From the NCBI GenBank assembly GCA_964621005.1, contig CAZUIF010000014.1, positions 12,457-76,456 on the forward strand: a DNA stretch of 64,000 nt, given 5' to 3'. This document shows positions 53,834-63,749 of this stretch, piece by piece. This DNA is from an uncultured Rikenella sp. GTDB taxonomy: Bacteria > Bacteroidota > Bacteroidia > Bacteroidales > VadinHA17. Position numbers and translations under genes: made by a program. Every line of letters begins with the position of its first letter. The first letter of the stretch is position 1. The notes under the pieces are model-generated. The model worked only from the letters and a program-made list of their open reading frames with translations. It did no database searches and was not told the origin of the DNA.

Positions 53834-56236
53834 ATGTTGACTCTCTTCAGAAAAGAGGTAGCAGGTTTTTTCAGCTCCCTGACCGGTTATATTGTCATGA
53901 TCGTATTCCTCCTGGCCAACAGCCTGATCATGTGGATCATGCCCGGCCAGTGGAACCTGCTTGACAGCGGCTATGCAGGCCTTGATCCCCTCTTTGTTCT
54001 CTCACCTTGGATTTTCCTGTTCCTGGTACCCGCAGTGACAATGCGACTTTTTTCGGAAGAGCGCAGGGCGGGAACCATTGAGCTTCTGTGGTCACGCCCG
54101 GTTACTGACGGAGCAGTCATATACGGCAAATTCCTCTCATCGGTCTTCCTGGTACTGCTTGCCCTGCTGCCGGCACTGGTATTTGTCATCTCCGTGTGTG
54201 TACTGGGTGAGACTCCGGGAAATCTTGACAGGGGAGGCACTGCCGGGTCGTTCATCGGTCTGCTTATGCTTGCAGCTGTTTATTCGGCAATCGGACTGTT
54301 CGCTTCATCCCTTACCTCAAACCAGGTAATTTCATTCATCTTTGCTGCCGTCATCTCATTCATAATGTTCAGGGGTTTTGACTCCCTGGCAATGCTGCCC
54401 GGCCTCTCATCACTTGCCGGGGAGGTCTCCTCAATGGGTATCAACGAACACTACCGTTCAATCAGCCGGGGAGTGCTTGACATCCGCGATATTGCCTGGT
54501 TCCTGTTCGTCACAGTACTCTTCTGTGAAGCAGCACGAATTTCGCTGCGCCGCAGCCGCATCGTGAAGCCGCTGAGCATCATCGCCGTAACGGGAGCGTT
54601 GTGCGTTCTGGTCTCACTGATCCACATCAGGGCCGACCTGACCGAAGACAGGCGCTTCACCCTGGCAGAGCCGACAAGGAAGATACTCAGGGAGCTTGAC
54701 AGCGAAGTGAAGGTAGATGTTTACCTTGACGGCGAGTTGCCGATAGCTTTCCGGAAGCTCCGGCGCAGCGTGGAACAGTACCTGGACGAGTTCCGGATCA
54801 CCTCGGGCAGAAAGATCAAGTACGAGTTCATTAATCCCTCAGGGTCATCAGACAGGGCAGAACGCGACCGGTTCCACAGCGAACTGATGAACCGCGGCCT
54901 GAATCCGGTCAATGTAATGGCCTCCGACGGCGAGGGAGGAAGGACACAGAAACGGATCTTCCCGTCACTTACAGTCACCAGCGGCGAAACGGTTATCCCG
55001 GTGAACTTCCTCAGGAATAACCCGACCCTTCCTGCCGAGACAAATCTTCTTCACTCAACGGAAGGACTTGAATACGAGATTATCCAGGCTATTGCCACCG
55101 CCACCGCCGACACCGTCCACACGGTGGCATTCATCGAAGGGCACGGTGAGCTTGACGAGATCTTCGTGGCAGACCTGACCCTGGAGCTGGCAAAGTTCTA
55201 CAATATTGACAGGGGTGTGATAGGAGGACGACCCGGCGCCATAGACAAATATGCCGCCATCATCATCGCTGCACCCCAGAAGCCGATGGATGAGAAGGAC
55301 AAGTATGTGATTGACCAGTATATAATGAACGGCGGAAGGGTGCTCTGGCTGGCAGAGGAGGTGACAGTGAATGCTGACAGCCTTGTGGCCGGATCCACTG
55401 TAGCCCTTTATGAACCGCTGACAATAAGCGACATGCTCTTCAGGTACGGTGCCCGCATCAATCCTGTCATCGTACAGGATGCCGACTGCATGCTGATACC
55501 GCTGAAAGTAACGAATCCGGGCGGTGAGGCACAGTACGTTCCAACGCCGTGGGTCTACTACCCTCTTCTCAGGCCTTCACAGGAGCACCCGATAACCAGG
55601 AACCTCAACAGGGTGATGTCACAGTTCGCAGGTACAGTTGACACCGTTGGAAGAGATCCGGGGGTGAGGAAAAGCATTCTCCTGGCAACTTCTCCTGATG
55701 CCCGGACAGTTATGCCGCCAATGCTGATATCCCTTGAGGAAGCGGATGAGACAGTACCTGACGCCATGTTCAACGCCGGTCCCCTGCCCGTGGCAGTGCT
55801 GCTTGAAGGAACATTCAGCTCAGTCTTTGTAAACCGCATGGCTGCAAGTATAATGGGAGACCCGGGACTTGTAACCGTCACTGAGAGCAAACCGACAAAG
55901 ATGATAGTCATCGCCGACGGTGATATAATCAGGAATGAGATCACATGGGAGGGGGGGAACCCGGAACCGCTGACACTCGGGCTCGACAGGTACACGATGC
56001 AGACATTCGGAAACAAGGACTTCCTGGTTAACTGCGTCAACTACCTCGTCAATGACAACGGACTCATTGAGATGCGCTCAAGGGAACTGAAGCCCAGGCT
56101 GCTTGACCAGGCCAGGATTAGGAGCCAGAGAAGCCTGTGGCAGGTTGTGAACACCCTGGTGCCGGTGCTGATCATCATACTGGCAGGAGTGGTCTATAGC
56201 GCACTCAGGCGCAGGCATTATATTTCAGTGAAATAA
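53834..56236 (+). CDS. gldF-gldG: Fused gliding-motility-associated ABC transporter permease GldF and accessory protein GldG
   Basis: The N-terminal ~240 aa is an ABC-2-type permease (LFSEERRAGTIELL). From about ADLTEDRRFTL onward it has the GldG-like architecture, with a C-terminal TM anchor. Confidence 0.75.
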   Translation: MLTLFRKEVAGFFSSLTGYIVMIVFLLANSLIMWIMPGQWNLLDSGYAGLDPLFVLSPWIFLFLVPAVTMRLFSEERRAGTIELLWSRPVTDGAVIYGKFLSSVFLVLLALLPALVFVISVCVLGETPGNLDRGGTAGSFIGLLMLAAVYSAIGLFASSLTSNQVISFIFAAVISFIMFRGFDSLAMLPGLSSLAGEVSSMGINEHYRSISRGVLDIRDIAWFLFVTVLFCEAARISLRRSRIVKPLSIIAVTGALCVLVSLIHIRADLTEDRRFTLAEPTRKILRELDSEVKVDVYLDGELPIAFRKLRRSVEQYLDEFRITSGRKIKYEFINPSGSSDRAERDRFHSELMNRGLNPVNVMASDGEGGRTQKRIFPSLTVTSGETVIPVNFLRNNPTLPAETNLLHSTEGLEYEIIQAIATATADTVHTVAFIEGHGELDEIFVADLTLELAKFYNIDRGVIGGRPGAIDKYAAIIIAAPQKPMDEKDKYVIDQYIMNGGRVLWLAEEVTVNADSLVAGSTVALYEPLTISDMLFRYGARINPVIVQDADCMLIPLKVTNPGGEAQYVPTPWVYYPLLRPSQEHPITRNLNRVMSQFAGTVDTVGRDPGVRKSILLATSPDARTVMPPMLISLEEADETVPDAMFNAGPLPVAVLLEGTFSSVFVNRMAASIMGDPGLVTVTESKPTKMIVIADGDIIRNEITWEGGNPEPLTLGLDRYTMQTFGNKDFLVNCVNYLVNDNGLIEMRSRELKPRLLDQARIRSQRSLWQVVNTLVPVLIIILAGVVYSALRRRHYISVK

Positions 56237-56363
56237 ATTTGTTTGAGGGTAACATATTTTTTTGTAATATTGATAAGCCGGTTTTTAAAGCAGACTATAT
56301 TAATAATCAGATAGTTGCCGGCAGAATTTGAATAATAGCCGAATAACTTAAATAAACTTCAAT

Positions 56364-57494
56364 ATGAAATTTGTTGTATCAAGTACAGAGCTCCTGGGCC
56401 ACCTTCAGGCCATCAGCAGGGTGATCAGTTCAAAGAATACCCTTCCGATCCTTGACAATTTCCTTTTCAATATTACCGGAAATGATCTGGAGATCACGGC
56501 TTCAGACCTCGAGTCGACCCTTATCACCCGCATGCATCTTGACAACATCACCGGAAGCGGAACAGTGGCCCTGCCTGCCAGGATACTGCTTGATACGCTT
56601 AAAGAGTTCTCTGAACAGCCGCTCACTTTTGATATCAATCCTGATACGATGGCTGTCGTCATCAACTCTGAAAACGGCCGGTTCAGCATCGTGGGTCAAA
56701 ACGGGATTGATTTTCCCGTGCTGCCTGTGATAAAGAAGGAAAAGCGTTTCGGGTTCAATGTGGCTGCCGACGTGCTTCTGGCAGGTATATCACGCACACT
56801 GTTTGCGACAGCAGACGATGAGCTGCGTCCCGTCATGGGAGGGATACTGGTTGAGGCTTCAACAGAAAAGCTGACATTTGTTGCCTCCGATGCTCACAAG
56901 CTTGTGAGATACCAGAGGAGTGACGCGAAGGCTGATGACAATGCCTCTTTCATCCTCCCGAAGAAACCTGCATCACTGCTTAAGAATATCCTGCCCAGGG
57001 AAAACGGAGTGGTATCGGTTGAGTTCGATGACAGGAACGCCTTCTTCAACCTGTCTGACTACAGGGTTGTGTGCCGTCTTGTCGAGGGCAACTACCCCAA
57101 CTACAACTCGGTCATCCCGAAGAATAACCCAAGGAAGGTACGCATCGACAGGCTCGAGTTGTACAACATACTCCGCAGGGTATCCGTCTTCTCGAACCAG
57201 GCAAGCAACCTTGTCAAGCTGCAGTTCTCGCCGAACCAGATAACAGTCTCGGCACAGGATGTCGACTTCTCAATATCTGCCTATGAGCGCCACAAGTGCC
57301 TCTATGAGGGTGACGACATGGAGATAGGGTTCAAATCGGTCTTCCTGATTGAGATTCTTTCAAACATAGCATCACAGGATGTTGTCATCGAGCTTGCTGA
57401 TCCTACCAGGGCCGGGCTCTTCCTCCCCTCTGAGACAGCCAATGAAGATGAGGATCTCCTCATGCTTCTCATGCCTATGATGATAAACGCCTGA
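56364..57494 (+). CDS. dnaN: DNA polymerase III beta sliding clamp
   Basis: MKFVVSSTELLGHLQAISRVISSKNTLPILDNFLF. 376 aa. C-terminal LLMPMMIN. Confidence 0.9.
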   Translation: MKFVVSSTELLGHLQAISRVISSKNTLPILDNFLFNITGNDLEITASDLESTLITRMHLDNITGSGTVALPARILLDTLKEFSEQPLTFDINPDTMAVVINSENGRFSIVGQNGIDFPVLPVIKKEKRFGFNVAADVLLAGISRTLFATADDELRPVMGGILVEASTEKLTFVASDAHKLVRYQRSDAKADDNASFILPKKPASLLKNILPRENGVVSVEFDDRNAFFNLSDYRVVCRLVEGNYPNYNSVIPKNNPRKVRIDRLELYNILRRVSVFSNQASNLVKLQFSPNQITVSAQDVDFSISAYERHKCLYEGDDMEIGFKSVFLIEILSNIASQDVVIELADPTRAGLFLPSETANEDEDLLMLLMPMMINA

Positions 57495-57507
57495 GAAAAA
57501 GCAGTAT

Positions 57508-58278
57508 ATGGAGCTAAACCTCAGAAAACCCCTGGTCATCCTTGATCTCGAGACCACCGGGGTGAACATTGCTGCTGACCGTATCGTAGAGTTTTCCGCC
57601 CTTAAGGTTTCGCCGGGAGGCGCTGAAGAGTGGCTTACCCTGAGGCTCAATCCGGGTATACCAATATCCCCGGAGGCGACACGTGTACATGGCATTTCCG
57701 ATGCAGACGTGGCAAACGAGCCTCACTTCAAGGATGTGGCAAAAAAAATTGCTGCCTTTCTGGAAGGCTGTGACCTTGCCGGCTTCAACTCGATGAAGTT
57801 TGACATTCCCATCCTCTCCGAGGAGTTCCTGAGGGTGAATGTCGATTTCAACCCGGCGAGGCACAGGTACGTAGATGTGCAGGTGATCTTCCACAAGAAG
57901 GAGCAAAGGACCCTCAGTGCCGCATACAGGTTTTACTGCAACCTGGAACTCGAGAACGCTCACAGCTCAAAGGCGGACACAGCAGCAACATATGAGATAC
58001 TGAAGGCGCAGCTCGACAGGTATCCTGACCTCGAAAACGATATTGACAAGCTTTCGGCTTTCAGCGCGTTCAACAACAATGCTGACCTGGCCGGAAGAAT
58101 AGTCTTCAATGAACAGGGGCAGGAGGTGTTCAATTTCGGCAAGCACAAGGGCAAGCCGGTGGAACAGGTGTTTAAGGAAGAGCCCTCATATTACTCGTGG
58201 ATGATGAACGGCGACTTCCCGCTCAACACGAAGCAGGTGATAACAGCCATCAAGGTCCGCTCATTCGGAAAAGCCTAG
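57508..58278 (+). CDS. DnaQ-like 3'-5' exonuclease
   Basis: ILDLETTG (Exo I), HGISD (Exo II), HSSKADTAAT (Exo III). Confidence 0.8.
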   Translation: MELNLRKPLVILDLETTGVNIAADRIVEFSALKVSPGGAEEWLTLRLNPGIPISPEATRVHGISDADVANEPHFKDVAKKIAAFLEGCDLAGFNSMKFDIPILSEEFLRVNVDFNPARHRYVDVQVIFHKKEQRTLSAAYRFYCNLELENAHSSKADTAATYEILKAQLDRYPDLENDIDKLSAFSAFNNNADLAGRIVFNEQGQEVFNFGKHKGKPVEQVFKEEPSYYSWMMNGDFPLNTKQVITAIKVRSFGKA

Positions 58279-58279
58279 C

Positions 58280-58891
58280 ATGAAAATAATCTGTGTTGGA
58301 TTGAACTACCGCAAGCATGCGGCAGAAATGGGTCGTCCGCTGCCTGAGGAGCCGATGATCTTCCTGAAACCCGATTCGGCGCTGCTCAAGAAGAACAAGC
58401 CGTTTTTTCTTCCTGATTTCTCCAAGAACCTGCAGTTCGAGGCAGAGGTGGTGCTTCGCATCTCCAAGCTGGGAAAAGGGATCTCAGCAAAATACGCAAG
58501 CCGATATTATGATGCGCTGACTGTGGGGATAGATTTTACCGCACGTGACCTGCAGCATAAATTCTCGCAGGCAGGTCATCCCTGGGAGCTGGCGAAGACA
58601 TTTGACGGGTCGGCACCGCTTGGTTCATTCGTTCCTGCAGAAAAGTTTCAGAGCCATTCTGACATAGGTTTTTCGCTTGAGGTAAACGGGGAGACACGGC
58701 AGGAAGGGAACACCTCAGACCTGATCTTCAGTTTCGGGGAGATAATAGAATATGTTTCCAGGTTCTATACGCTGAAGACCGGTGATCTGATATTCACCGG
58801 CACCCCTTCAGGAGTCGGGCCGGTAAAAAAGGGAGACAACCTGGTTGCACGGCTGGCAGGTGAGACCGTTCTGGATTTTTATGTAAGGTAG
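58280..58891 (+). CDS. Fumarylacetoacetate hydrolase (FAH) family protein
   Basis: IICVGLNYRKHAAEMG, FLKP, EAEVVL, GDLIFTGTPSGVG. Confidence 0.85.
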   Translation: MKIICVGLNYRKHAAEMGRPLPEEPMIFLKPDSALLKKNKPFFLPDFSKNLQFEAEVVLRISKLGKGISAKYASRYYDALTVGIDFTARDLQHKFSQAGHPWELAKTFDGSAPLGSFVPAEKFQSHSDIGFSLEVNGETRQEGNTSDLIFSFGEIIEYVSRFYTLKTGDLIFTGTPSGVGPVKKGDNLVARLAGETVLDFYVR

Positions 58892-58921
58892 TCTTGCCGG
58901 CAAGACAATCCCCCGTTTTTT
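58891..58921. terminator. Hairpin plus T-tract between convergent genes
   Basis: 16-nt perfect palindrome GTCTTGCCGGCAAGAC (58891-58906, sharing the G of the stop codon) and a T-run at 58916-58921. Confidence 0.6.
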
Positions 58922-58960
58922 GCATCATGTAAGCTGCGCCTGCTGCGGGTGAGCAGGCTC

Positions 58961-60418
58961 TCAGGCAGGCTGCCCGGCCAGTTCTGCTCCAAGCCTTTTA
59001 ACACTTCCGATCAGCCTGTCAAGGTCACTGTCATCGGTCATGGCATTCATAAGAGCGGTTCGCAACCAGATGTTACCGTCAAGCTCTGTCTGGACAATGT
59101 AGAATTCGCCGCTGTGGACAAGTGCTTTCCTGATCATGCGGTTGAGCTCGTTGAGTCTTTCGCCGCCGGTCCCTTCAGGGGCATACCTGAAGCAAACAAT
59201 ATTTGACTCGGGATCGACAGCCAGTTCCATTCCTGGTTCCGATTTTATCACTTCGGCGAAGCGTGCTGCAAGGTCATACCGGCTTTCAATGTATTTTCCA
59301 AGTGTCTCCCTGCCATAATAATTGACAACTGCCCACGCCACTATGCCGAGGGCGCTCTTTGTGCATTCAAGCGTTCTCTTGGCTCCGTTGTACCACTCAT
59401 TTTCATCATGCTTCTCAAAGAGGTACCCGGCTTTCTGTGCAAAGGTCTCATATGACCTGTTGCCGTCACGGAACAGAACCATTGTATTCAGTCCCGGTGT
59501 CAGCAGCATCTTGTGAAAGTCAAGCACAACGGAATCAGCATATTCCAGTCCCCTGACGAGGTGCCTGTATTTTGGCGAGAAGAGTACACCGAGACCGTGT
59601 GCTCCGTCTACATGGAACCATAGTTTATTGTCACGGCAAAATGCGGCTATCTCCTCCAGGTTGTCATATGTGCCGGTTGCTGTTGAGCAGGCGTTGGCAG
59701 CCACGCAGATCACCCTGATGCCCTGGTCTTCAGCCCTGCGCATCGTCTCTGCCAGGAGGTCTGTCTTCATTGCGTACCGGCTGTCATAGGGGATCCTTAT
59801 GACTGAAGTACCGCCAAGGCCTATCACCTTCGCATTGCGGGAGATGCTGTAATGCGACTGGTCAGAGACTATTATTCCAACCGGCCGGTCGTTCCTGACG
59901 CCCTCTTCCCATACATTGTACTCACTCATCGCCTGGCGTGCTGCGAGAAGCCCTGTCAGGTTGCCTGCGCTTCCGCCGTGGGTGAAGATACCGTCCGCCT
60001 CAGGGCCATAGCCGATAAGCTTCGACATATACCTTATTACATTGCGCTCGGCAGCCATTGATGCCGGTCCCATCTCGTAAACAGCCACACCGTTGTTAAG
60101 CAGCGTGGTGCACATCTGCGCAATGATTCCAGCCGTCAGCGGCGGGGTGTTCTGGTGACCGACGAAACGGGGATGGTGAAGATGGTTCATCCCTGCCACC
60201 ACCTTGCGAATGAAACCGTCAAGCGGCAGATCACGGTTTGAAGGATCGTCAAGATCAAACTCTCCAACAAGGTCATCCGGCTCCCGGTATCCGAGGACAG
60301 GCATATCACTGCGTGAGGCTGCTTCCTTCAGATAATCTGCCAGTATATCAATCAGTTCATGTCCGTGTTTCCTGAACTCCTCACTGTCATAGACATGACT
60401 CAGCTTTGTCCCTGCCAT
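58961..60418 (-). CDS. Group II PLP-dependent amino-acid decarboxylase
   Basis: HHPRFVGHQ, THGGSAGNL, LDFHKMLLTPG (PLP Lys). The ATG at 60418 is preferred (60427 is a TTG). Confidence 0.8.
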   Translation of the reverse strand: MAGTKLSHVYDSEEFRKHGHELIDILADYLKEAASRSDMPVLGYREPDDLVGEFDLDDPSNRDLPLDGFIRKVVAGMNHLHHPRFVGHQNTPPLTAGIIAQMCTTLLNNGVAVYEMGPASMAAERNVIRYMSKLIGYGPEADGIFTHGGSAGNLTGLLAARQAMSEYNVWEEGVRNDRPVGIIVSDQSHYSISRNAKVIGLGGTSVIRIPYDSRYAMKTDLLAETMRRAEDQGIRVICVAANACSTATGTYDNLEEIAAFCRDNKLWFHVDGAHGLGVLFSPKYRHLVRGLEYADSVVLDFHKMLLTPGLNTMVLFRDGNRSYETFAQKAGYLFEKHDENEWYNGAKRTLECTKSALGIVAWAVVNYYGRETLGKYIESRYDLAARFAEVIKSEPGMELAVDPESNIVCFRYAPEGTGGERLNELNRMIRKALVHSGEFYIVQTELDGNIWLRTALMNAMTDDSDLDRLIGSVKRLGAELAGQPA

Positions 60419-60423
60419 AAAAA

Positions 60424-62205
60424 TCAATTTCCTGAATTAAACATGTTTCCAGCCTTCATAAGTCTTGCCACCGGGTATAACCTTGTTCTCTTCTCCAGTT
60501 CTGAAGCCGGCGTGTGCTGGTATAGCCACTGGAGCTGAGCCACAGGATCAGTGGCCACCTTTTCATCCTCACGCTTTGCCTTCTCAAAGCTTTCCCGCAG
60601 GGCGGGATCATGATCAAGCATTTCCTTCAGGTGACTTTCGAATCCCCATACGGAGTACCAGTCCTGCCCCTCGAGGAACGAGTCGAAGAAGTTCCAGGCG
60701 AAGAAGCCCGATTCGCTCTGCGGCTCCAGCATCGTGAGGATGTATTTCTTCGATTTCTGGTTAACCGGCACTACATAGTCACCTTTAAAGAAGGCAACTT
60801 CCTGGGTGACAGTGCGGAGTTTTACGTTGCTGTTGAAATAATGACCCTGTGCAGGCCTTTTGGCAGGTTCGTATCCGTCAATATAATACGTTTCCACAGT
60901 CAGGGTGGTGTCATTCTGCAACTGGTACATCTGGGTGCCGTTGACTTCAAGACGCCTGATAACCTCCTCCCATGCAAATGGGACGATGTAGGCCTCGGGG
61001 ACGGTGACTGTGATGGCGGGATTGAAATAATTATAGTACCTGATTTTTTCAGTGTAAGGTTTTTCGTGGTTGTAGAAACCTGTTTTCCTGCCGGTTATGG
61101 GAGTTGCTGTCTCTTCGTAGCGGTAACCGTGAAAGTCGAGCATGTCCCAGCGGGCAGTGTCCTGTTCCCAGTCAATAACGAACTCCTTTGCCGCCAGTGT
61201 ACGCCGGTTGGCTTCTGCCCTGAGCTGAAGTATCTCCCTGTTATTCTGCGATGCAAATCTCACCAGTTCCGTTATCAGCTGCAGCGTCCCGATGACCCGC
61301 TCATTGTAGGGTTTGTATACAAGGGTCTCCGTCATAAAGCCGAAGGAATTGAACAGAGCTGCATAGCCGGTTGAATAGTAGGCCTGCTCCTCGAAACCAA
61401 TGATTGCCTTTATTTCACCTCTCTCGGTATACTGGACATAGGGGACCATTTCATTCTTATGTTCCTCTCTCATCCTGTCATAAAGCTCCTTCAGCATTTT
61501 TTCACGGAAGAATTTCTCCATCTCCGGGTGCATCTTCTCCGGCTGTGTGGCGATGAGTGTCACGGTGAACTGGTGGTCAGAGCCGTTAGTTGTATGGGTG
61601 TCGAGGAAGACATCCGGGTCAAGGAACCGGTATATCCCTGCGAAAGCTTTGGCTTCACGGGAATCCTGCTTCACGAAGTCGCGGTTCAGGTCAAGGAACC
61701 TTGTGTTCCGTCTTGCCCCCTTTTCCTCGGGACCGTTCTGGTTTATGCGCCAGTAACGGCTTCGGGTAAGTGCCCCTCCTATATTATATACCGGTATTAT
61801 TGCAACTGAGCAGTTACGCAGGTACTTCTTCATTCCATCCCTATTGGCCAGAAGATCAGCTGCGAAGCGGGCGCTGGCGTCAATGCCTTCAGGCTCTCCG
61901 GGGTGAATGCCGTTATTTATGAGCACAATTGTTTTCCCCTGGCTGTGAATTTTTGCCGGATCGTTCTCTCCGTCAGATGAGATTATAAACAGGTGCAGCG
62001 GACGGCCGGCGTCTGTCATCCCCATCTCCATAAGGGTGGCTTCACTGTATTTTTTGTCCAGGTCGCTGTAAAAGGCGATGGCCTCCTCCCATGAGAGGCT
62101 TTTGTTCTCTTCATACCTGAGTACGGGTGCATCAGTGCGCTGCTGCGCAGCCAGCCCCATGGTTATGAGGGCTGCGGAAATGAATGTGATGAGTCTTCTT
62201 TTCAT
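60424..62205 (-). CDS. Secreted M14-family metallocarboxypeptidase-like protein
   Basis: Signal peptide MKRRLITFISAALITMGLAAQQ. INNGIHPGEPEG zinc-ligand motif, HTTNGSD. Confidence 0.8.
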   Translation of the reverse strand: MKRRLITFISAALITMGLAAQQRTDAPVLRYEENKSLSWEEAIAFYSDLDKKYSEATLMEMGMTDAGRPLHLFIISSDGENDPAKIHSQGKTIVLINNGIHPGEPEGIDASARFAADLLANRDGMKKYLRNCSVAIIPVYNIGGALTRSRYWRINQNGPEEKGARRNTRFLDLNRDFVKQDSREAKAFAGIYRFLDPDVFLDTHTTNGSDHQFTVTLIATQPEKMHPEMEKFFREKMLKELYDRMREEHKNEMVPYVQYTERGEIKAIIGFEEQAYYSTGYAALFNSFGFMTETLVYKPYNERVIGTLQLITELVRFASQNNREILQLRAEANRRTLAAKEFVIDWEQDTARWDMLDFHGYRYEETATPITGRKTGFYNHEKPYTEKIRYYNYFNPAITVTVPEAYIVPFAWEEVIRRLEVNGTQMYQLQNDTTLTVETYYIDGYEPAKRPAQGHYFNSNVKLRTVTQEVAFFKGDYVVPVNQKSKKYILTMLEPQSESGFFAWNFFDSFLEGQDWYSVWGFESHLKEMLDHDPALRESFEKAKREDEKVATDPVAQLQWLYQHTPASELEKRTRLYPVARLMKAGNMFNSGN

Positions 62206-62840
62206 CTGGCTTTATTTGTAAAATGATTTGTTACTTTCCCGGCTCCGGCCCTCATTTCCTCAACGAGGTCAGGAAACATTGAATAGGTTGATTCCAGGTG
62301 TCTGAATCTTGACATTACGTTGGGTATGATCAAAGCCGGCATATCACTGGCGGACACCCCTCTCATCGAATAGATCTCCTCATACCGGCTTATTCCCGTT
62401 TCGCCGAAGGCATCCATATCATCAGCCACTGATATGATTGCGGCCAGTGAGGAGGGATCTGAGTTTCCGGAGTATTCCTTGTTGTCATGCATCTCCACCG
62501 CGTCAAGGATCTCAGCCCGGTCTGCTTCACTGAAGCCGGATGCGGCGAGGAAGGTGCTGCATATGCGCCTGCTCTCCAGGCCGTGATCCGGACCGCGGTT
62601 GACAGTCAGCCCTGTGTCATGAAAAAATGCAGCGACAATTGCCTTCTCCGCGAGGCACGGGTCACTTATCAGTCCTTTGTTGTAGAGCAGCTCCATGAGC
62701 CGGGCCGCATTGTTCCAGACCCTCCCGTGATGAAGATGATCATGCGAGGGTATAAAGGTGCCGGAGAAGAGGCGTTCGCACTCCCCTGAAAGAAGATCCA
62801 TGTACTTCTCCTCAGCGAATGTTATATACGGGTGTGCCAT
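62202..62840 (-). CDS. HD-domain phosphohydrolase
   Basis: HDHLHHGRVW and FFHDTG (H...HD motif). ATGA overlap with the downstream M14 gene. Confidence 0.75.
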   Translation of the reverse strand: MAHPYITFAEEKYMDLLSGECERLFSGTFIPSHDHLHHGRVWNNAARLMELLYNKGLISDPCLAEKAIVAAFFHDTGLTVNRGPDHGLESRRICSTFLAASGFSEADRAEILDAVEMHDNKEYSGNSDPSSLAAIISVADDMDAFGETGISRYEEIYSMRGVSASDMPALIIPNVMSRFRHLESTYSMFPDLVEEMRAGAGKVTNHFTNKAR

Positions 62841-62850
62841 TGAAAAAACA

Positions 62851-62881
62851 AAAAAGCAAAAGTAGGAACTTTTGCTTTTTT
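62851..62881 (-). terminator. Strong intrinsic terminator hairpin
   Basis: AAAAAGCAAAAG-TAGGAA-CTTTTGCTTTTTT. 12-bp stem flanked by A- and T-tracts, 22 nt downstream of the stop of the 81-aa gene. Confidence 0.8.
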
Positions 62882-62902
62882 GGTTCCATGCAGGATTCAG
62901 AA

Positions 62903-63148
62903 TTAGCGGGCAAGCATACTTTCAGCAATGTCAAGTATTGTAGTGTCTTCTATTGTGACTATGCCCCCTTCGGGTCCTTTTTCTATATGGATCCCGGCAC
63001 TCTGCCCGCGGTCAAAGTTCCAGCCACCGAAATAATTCCTGACGGTCTCCTCTTCCAAATCCAGTTTGTCAGCTATCTTTCTGATGCTACCGTCAGGAAG
63101 CTGGTCCTTGATCTTCCTCAGTTGTAAAAATGTCAGTGTTCGTGCCAT
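62903..63148 (-). CDS. Small HTH-like protein, unknown function
   Basis: 81 aa. SIRKIADKLDLEEETVRNYF resembles a helix-turn-helix. It has its own terminator. Confidence 0.5.
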   Translation of the reverse strand: MARTLTFLQLRKIKDQLPDGSIRKIADKLDLEEETVRNYFGGWNFDRGQSAGIHIEKGPEGGIVTIEDTTILDIAESMLAR

Positions 63149-63235
63149 GATTTAAAATGGATAGATTTCTTCAAATATACTAAATAATCCAGGAAAAAGG
63201 AAATAAACCTCACTCTTTAAGGTTATTTTAACATT

Positions 63236-63673
63236 TTAAGGTTCAATGGATTGAATATCACGGATTATGTAGACATCATAATCTCCAAGGTATTCAAAAC
63301 CTGCCTTTTTATAGAGTCTGACAGCAGTTTCATTGTGCCTGTGAACCTCCAGTTTGACCTGGAAGCCCTTCTCCTTCACAAACCTGAGGGATTCCCTGAG
63401 CAGCCTGCCTGAAAGCCCTTTGCCCTGGTGTTCAGGGGCTATGCCGAAGTGATGCATGTGCAATCTCCTCCCGTCGAAGGTGAGCCATGAGGTGCCGGTG
63501 ATCCTGTCACTGTCAGACTCATCGTACATTATGAACATTGCCCCTCCCATTGCCAGGCTTCGTTCCACGGTGACTTCGTCGTCGCCTCTCTCCGGACGGC
63601 TCAGTCCGGTTGCAGTCCATACCTCCATTATACCGGTGAAATCACCTCTCCTGTATGCTCTTACCTTCATCAT
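63236..63673 (-). CDS. GNAT-family N-acetyltransferase
   Basis: HHFGIAPEHQGKGLSGRLL (acetyl-CoA-binding Q/RxxGxG/A motif). 145 aa. Confidence 0.85.
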   Translation of the reverse strand: MMKVRAYRRGDFTGIMEVWTATGLSRPERGDDEVTVERSLAMGGAMFIMYDESDSDRITGTSWLTFDGRRLHMHHFGIAPEHQGKGLSGRLLRESLRFVKEKGFQVKLEVHRHNETAVRLYKKAGFEYLGDYDVYIIRDIQSIEP

Positions 63674-63749
63674 TCAGTCTGTTTTTGCAGTGAAGCAGTC
63701 ATTGTTACTGCAGGTTTAAGACAGGCTGGCTGCCAGTCCGGGTCTGAAT

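Noticed and set aside
56237-56363. AT-rich region upstream of dnaN considered as a replication origin
   Set aside because: No dnaA gene is adjacent, and I found no TTATCCACA-type DnaA boxes or clustered repeats in the 127-nt gap.
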